From contig JAGWXT010000005.1 of the NCBI GenBank assembly GCA_018969715.1, forward strand, positions 13,263 through 77,262: a stretch of 64,000 nucleotides of DNA, read 5' to 3'. The notes under the pieces were generated by a model. It did no database searches, was not told the DNA's origin, and worked only from the letters and a program-made list of their open reading frames with translations. This DNA comes from Actinomycetales bacterium. Lineage in GTDB: Bacteria > Actinomycetota > Actinomycetes > S36-B12 > UBA5976. Below are positions 62,125 to 64,000 of the stretch, piece after piece (the first letter of the stretch is position 1; every line of letters begins with the position of its first letter). The position numbers and the translations under genes are program-made.

Positions 62125-63250
62125 CCGCCGGGGGATGCCTCCCCCGCCCACTGCTCCCGATCAGGGGGTGGCCTGGCACTACGGGGATCCGCTGCGCGAG
62201 CAGCGACTCCTGGCCCAGGGGCGGGGAGCGGTTGACCTGTCGCACTGGTCCGTGCTCGAGGTGGCCGGCGAGGATCGGATCGCCTTCCTCGATTCGCTCA
62301 CCAGCCAGCGGTTGACCGGAATCGTCCCTCCGGAAAGCCGGCTCACCCTGCTGCTCTCACCTCATGGCCATGTCGAGTACGTGCTGCGGGTGGTGGCAAC
62401 GCCGCATTCGCTGCTGCTGATCATCGATGAGTCGGCTGCGCCGCCCCGGGGCATCGATGAGTCGGCTGCGCCGCCCAGGGGCATCGATGAGTCTGCTGCG
62501 CCGCCCAGGCGAACCGCAGCGGACCTGCATGCCTACCTGCAGTCGATGGTCTTCCTCAGCCGGGTCACGATCACCGACCGCACCGAAGAGAACGCCGTCG
62601 TCTTCGAGCCGACCTGTCAGCCGGATCCGCTGCTGCCGACGGCGCTGGTCGTCGAGGAGTTCTCCGGTCGACCGGTGCCCGATCGCGGCCGGTCCGCCGG
62701 CGGCGATCCGGCGCGCTACGTTCCCCATCGCCCCGCCCTTCTCATCGGCCGGGAGGTGATACTCCCCCGAGGTGACCTGCCGGCGCGGTTGGGTGCGGAG
62801 CCGGCTGGCACCTGGGCCCTTGAGGCGCTGCGCATCGCAGCGGGCATCCCCCGGCTCGGCCTCGACACCGATGACCGGACCCTGCCGCATGAGGTGGGGT
62901 GGGTCGGTCCGGCGGTTCACCTGGAGAAGGGGTGCTACCGGGGGCAGGAGACGGTGGCGCGCGTGCACAATCTCGGCCGCCCACCGCGCAGACTCGTCCT
63001 GCTCCACTGCGATGGCTCCCACGGTGACCTGCCGCAGTGGCGAGATGCGATTACCGCCGATGGTGCGGTTGTCGGGTCGGTCGGCAGCGTCGTGCAGCAC
63101 TATGAACTCGGCCCGCTTGCGCTCGGCCTCGTGAAGGCCGGCACCGTCGCGGACGGTGACCGGGTGTCCGCCGGGGGGGTGCCCGCGACGGTGGAGTCCA
63201 TTGTTGTGGCGGAGCGCTCCGCCACCCGGCCGCGACCACCGCGTGGCTGA
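62111..63250 (+). CDS. ygfZ: folate-binding YgfZ-type protein (GcvT-like fold)
   Basis: HYGDPLREQR, DLSHWSVLEVAGEDRIAFL and the signature KGCYRGQE. Contains a 3 x 10-aa repeat. Confidence 0.75.
   Translation: MPTGDRRGMPPPPTAPDQGVAWHYGDPLREQRLLAQGRGAVDLSHWSVLEVAGEDRIAFLDSLTSQRLTGIVPPESRLTLLLSPHGHVEYVLRVVATPHSLLLIIDESAAPPRGIDESAAPPRGIDESAAPPRRTAADLHAYLQSMVFLSRVTITDRTEENAVVFEPTCQPDPLLPTALVVEEFSGRPVPDRGRSAGGDPARYVPHRPALLIGREVILPRGDLPARLGAEPAGTWALEALRIAAGIPRLGLDTDDRTLPHEVGWVGPAVHLEKGCYRGQETVARVHNLGRPPRRLVLLHCDGSHGDLPQWRDAITADGAVVGSVGSVVQHYELGPLALGLVKAGTVADGDRVSAGGVPATVESIVVAERSATRPRPPRG
62423..62512. repeat. 3 x 30-bp in-frame tandem repeat inside ygfZ
   Basis: ATCGATGAGTCGGCTGCGCCGCCCCGGGGC x3 with a few substitutions, encoding IDESAAPPRG / IDESAAPPRG / IDESAAPPRR. 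Confidence 0.9.
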
Positions 63251-64000
63251 GCCGGCGGTCCTCGTCCGGCAGTGGCGGGGCGACCTGCTCGAGGGACTGC
63301 ATATCGGCCATGCGGTTGCCCTCGATGCTCACGGCGACGTGGTGTGGTCCGTGGGCGATCCGGAGGCGATCATCCTGCCGCGATCGGCCATCAAGCCGGT
63401 GCAGGCCGCGGCCACCCTCGCGGCCGGGGCCGACCTCAGCGGGGAGCACCTTGCCATCGCGACCTCCTCGCACAGTGGTGAGCCCGCACAGCTGGCGCTC
63501 GTCGCCGAGGTGCTGGCCCGGGCCGACTGCACAACCGAGGCACTGCGCTGCCCGGCCGAACTTCCCTATGGCGCCTCGACGATGGCGGACTGGCTGCGGG
63601 CCGGCCGGCAGCCAACCCCGCTGGCAATGAACTGTTCAGGCAAGCACGCTGCGATGCTCCTCGCCTGCCGGGGCCAGGGCTGGTCGATGGACGACTACCT
63701 GCACGCCGAGCACCCGATGCAGATGACGGTGCGCCGACTACTTGAGCGCGCGGGCGTGCGGATTGCGGGGGTGACGGTGGACGGATGCGGTGCGCCGTTG
63801 TTCGCACTGCCGCTGGTTGACCTCGCCCGGCTGCATGCCACCGCGGTGACTGCCGATGCAGACGACCCCGAACTGGGGGTGCTCCGAAGGGTTGCCGACG
63901 CTGCCCGAGCCCATCCGCAGGTCGTCGGCGGGGTGGATCGTGATGTGACGGCCCTCATGAAGGGCGTACCGGGTCTGCTGACGAAGGAGGGCGCTGCGGG
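63243..64000 (+). CDS. asparaginase family protein (PF06089-type), 5' part; runs off the window end
   Basis: Not in the ORF track because there is no stop. My translation from GTG 63243 (overlapping the ygfZ stop) reads VAEPAVLVRQWRGDLLEGLHIGHAVALDAHGDVVWSVGDPEAIILPRSAIKPVQA...MNCSGKHAAMLLAC... Confidence 0.7.
   Translation, partial: MAEPAVLVRQWRGDLLEGLHIGHAVALDAHGDVVWSVGDPEAIILPRSAIKPVQAAATLAAGADLSGEHLAIATSSHSGEPAQLALVAEVLARADCTTEALRCPAELPYGASTMADWLRAGRQPTPLAMNCSGKHAAMLLACRGQGWSMDDYLHAEHPMQMTVRRLLERAGVRIAGVTVDGCGAPLFALPLVDLARLHATAVTADADDPELGVLRRVADAARAHPQVVGGVDRDVTALMKGVPGLLTKEGAA

Overview
High-GC actinobacterial chromosome segment; the mycothiol synthase gene mshD places it in Actinomycetota. 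All family calls come from reading motifs in the translations. No searches were run.

Layout:
- Positions ~1-53,100 are one dense carbohydrate / sugar-acid catabolic super-cluster.
  - It holds four CUT2-type ABC importers (fused double-NBD ATPase, RbsC-like permeases, periplasmic-binding-protein SBPs).
  - It also holds three enolase-superfamily (MR/MLE) enzymes, 9 SDRs, two Gfo/Idh/MocA oxidoreductases and two MDR dehydrogenases.
  - Other members are an amidohydrolase-2 lactonase-like protein, two rhamnose-mutarotase-family proteins, an AraA/FucI-like isomerase and a xylose-isomerase-fold protein.
  - It further holds an M81/MlrC-like protein, a family-III CoA-transferase, a 2-oxoacid dehydrogenase E1 beta/alpha pair with a stand-alone lipoyl protein, an MmgE/PrpD protein and a single LacI regulator.
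  - A short IS1182-like transposase remnant, a HAD hydrolase and a ceramidase-like gene interrupt it at ~34.0-36.7 kb.
- Positions ~53,300-64,000 are conserved housekeeping genes: EamA transporter, glgA/glgC, ppk1, mshD, GlnR-like orphan regulator, DsrE-like, FABP/nitrobindin-like, ygfZ, and a PF06089-type asparaginase.

Most interesting observations:
1. Two colinear paralogs (596 and ~686-704 aa) belong to a protein family I cannot name. One is the last gene of an ABC operon. The other sits where an E2 would be, after E1 beta, E1 alpha and a lipoyl domain.
2. An E2/E3-less E1 + free lipoyl-carrier module is embedded in a sugar-acid operon.
3. A 16-bp LacI-type palindrome (CTGGWAACGTTTCCAG-like) recurs in five promoter regions. 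It ties loci A, B and C, and both unknown paralogs, into one putative regulon.
4. A 371-aa protein with a CxxCxxC motif leads an operon that otherwise lacks a recognisable dehydratase.
5. A 6-copy 13-bp tandem array ends in an 18-nt AT-rich box that recurs verbatim 18 kb away upstream of another ABC operon.
6. Strong GC hairpins follow three SBP genes.
7. In-frame tandem repeats expand MshD (His-rich) and YgfZ.

I saw no CRISPR array, rRNA, tRNA or recognisable defence or toxin system.
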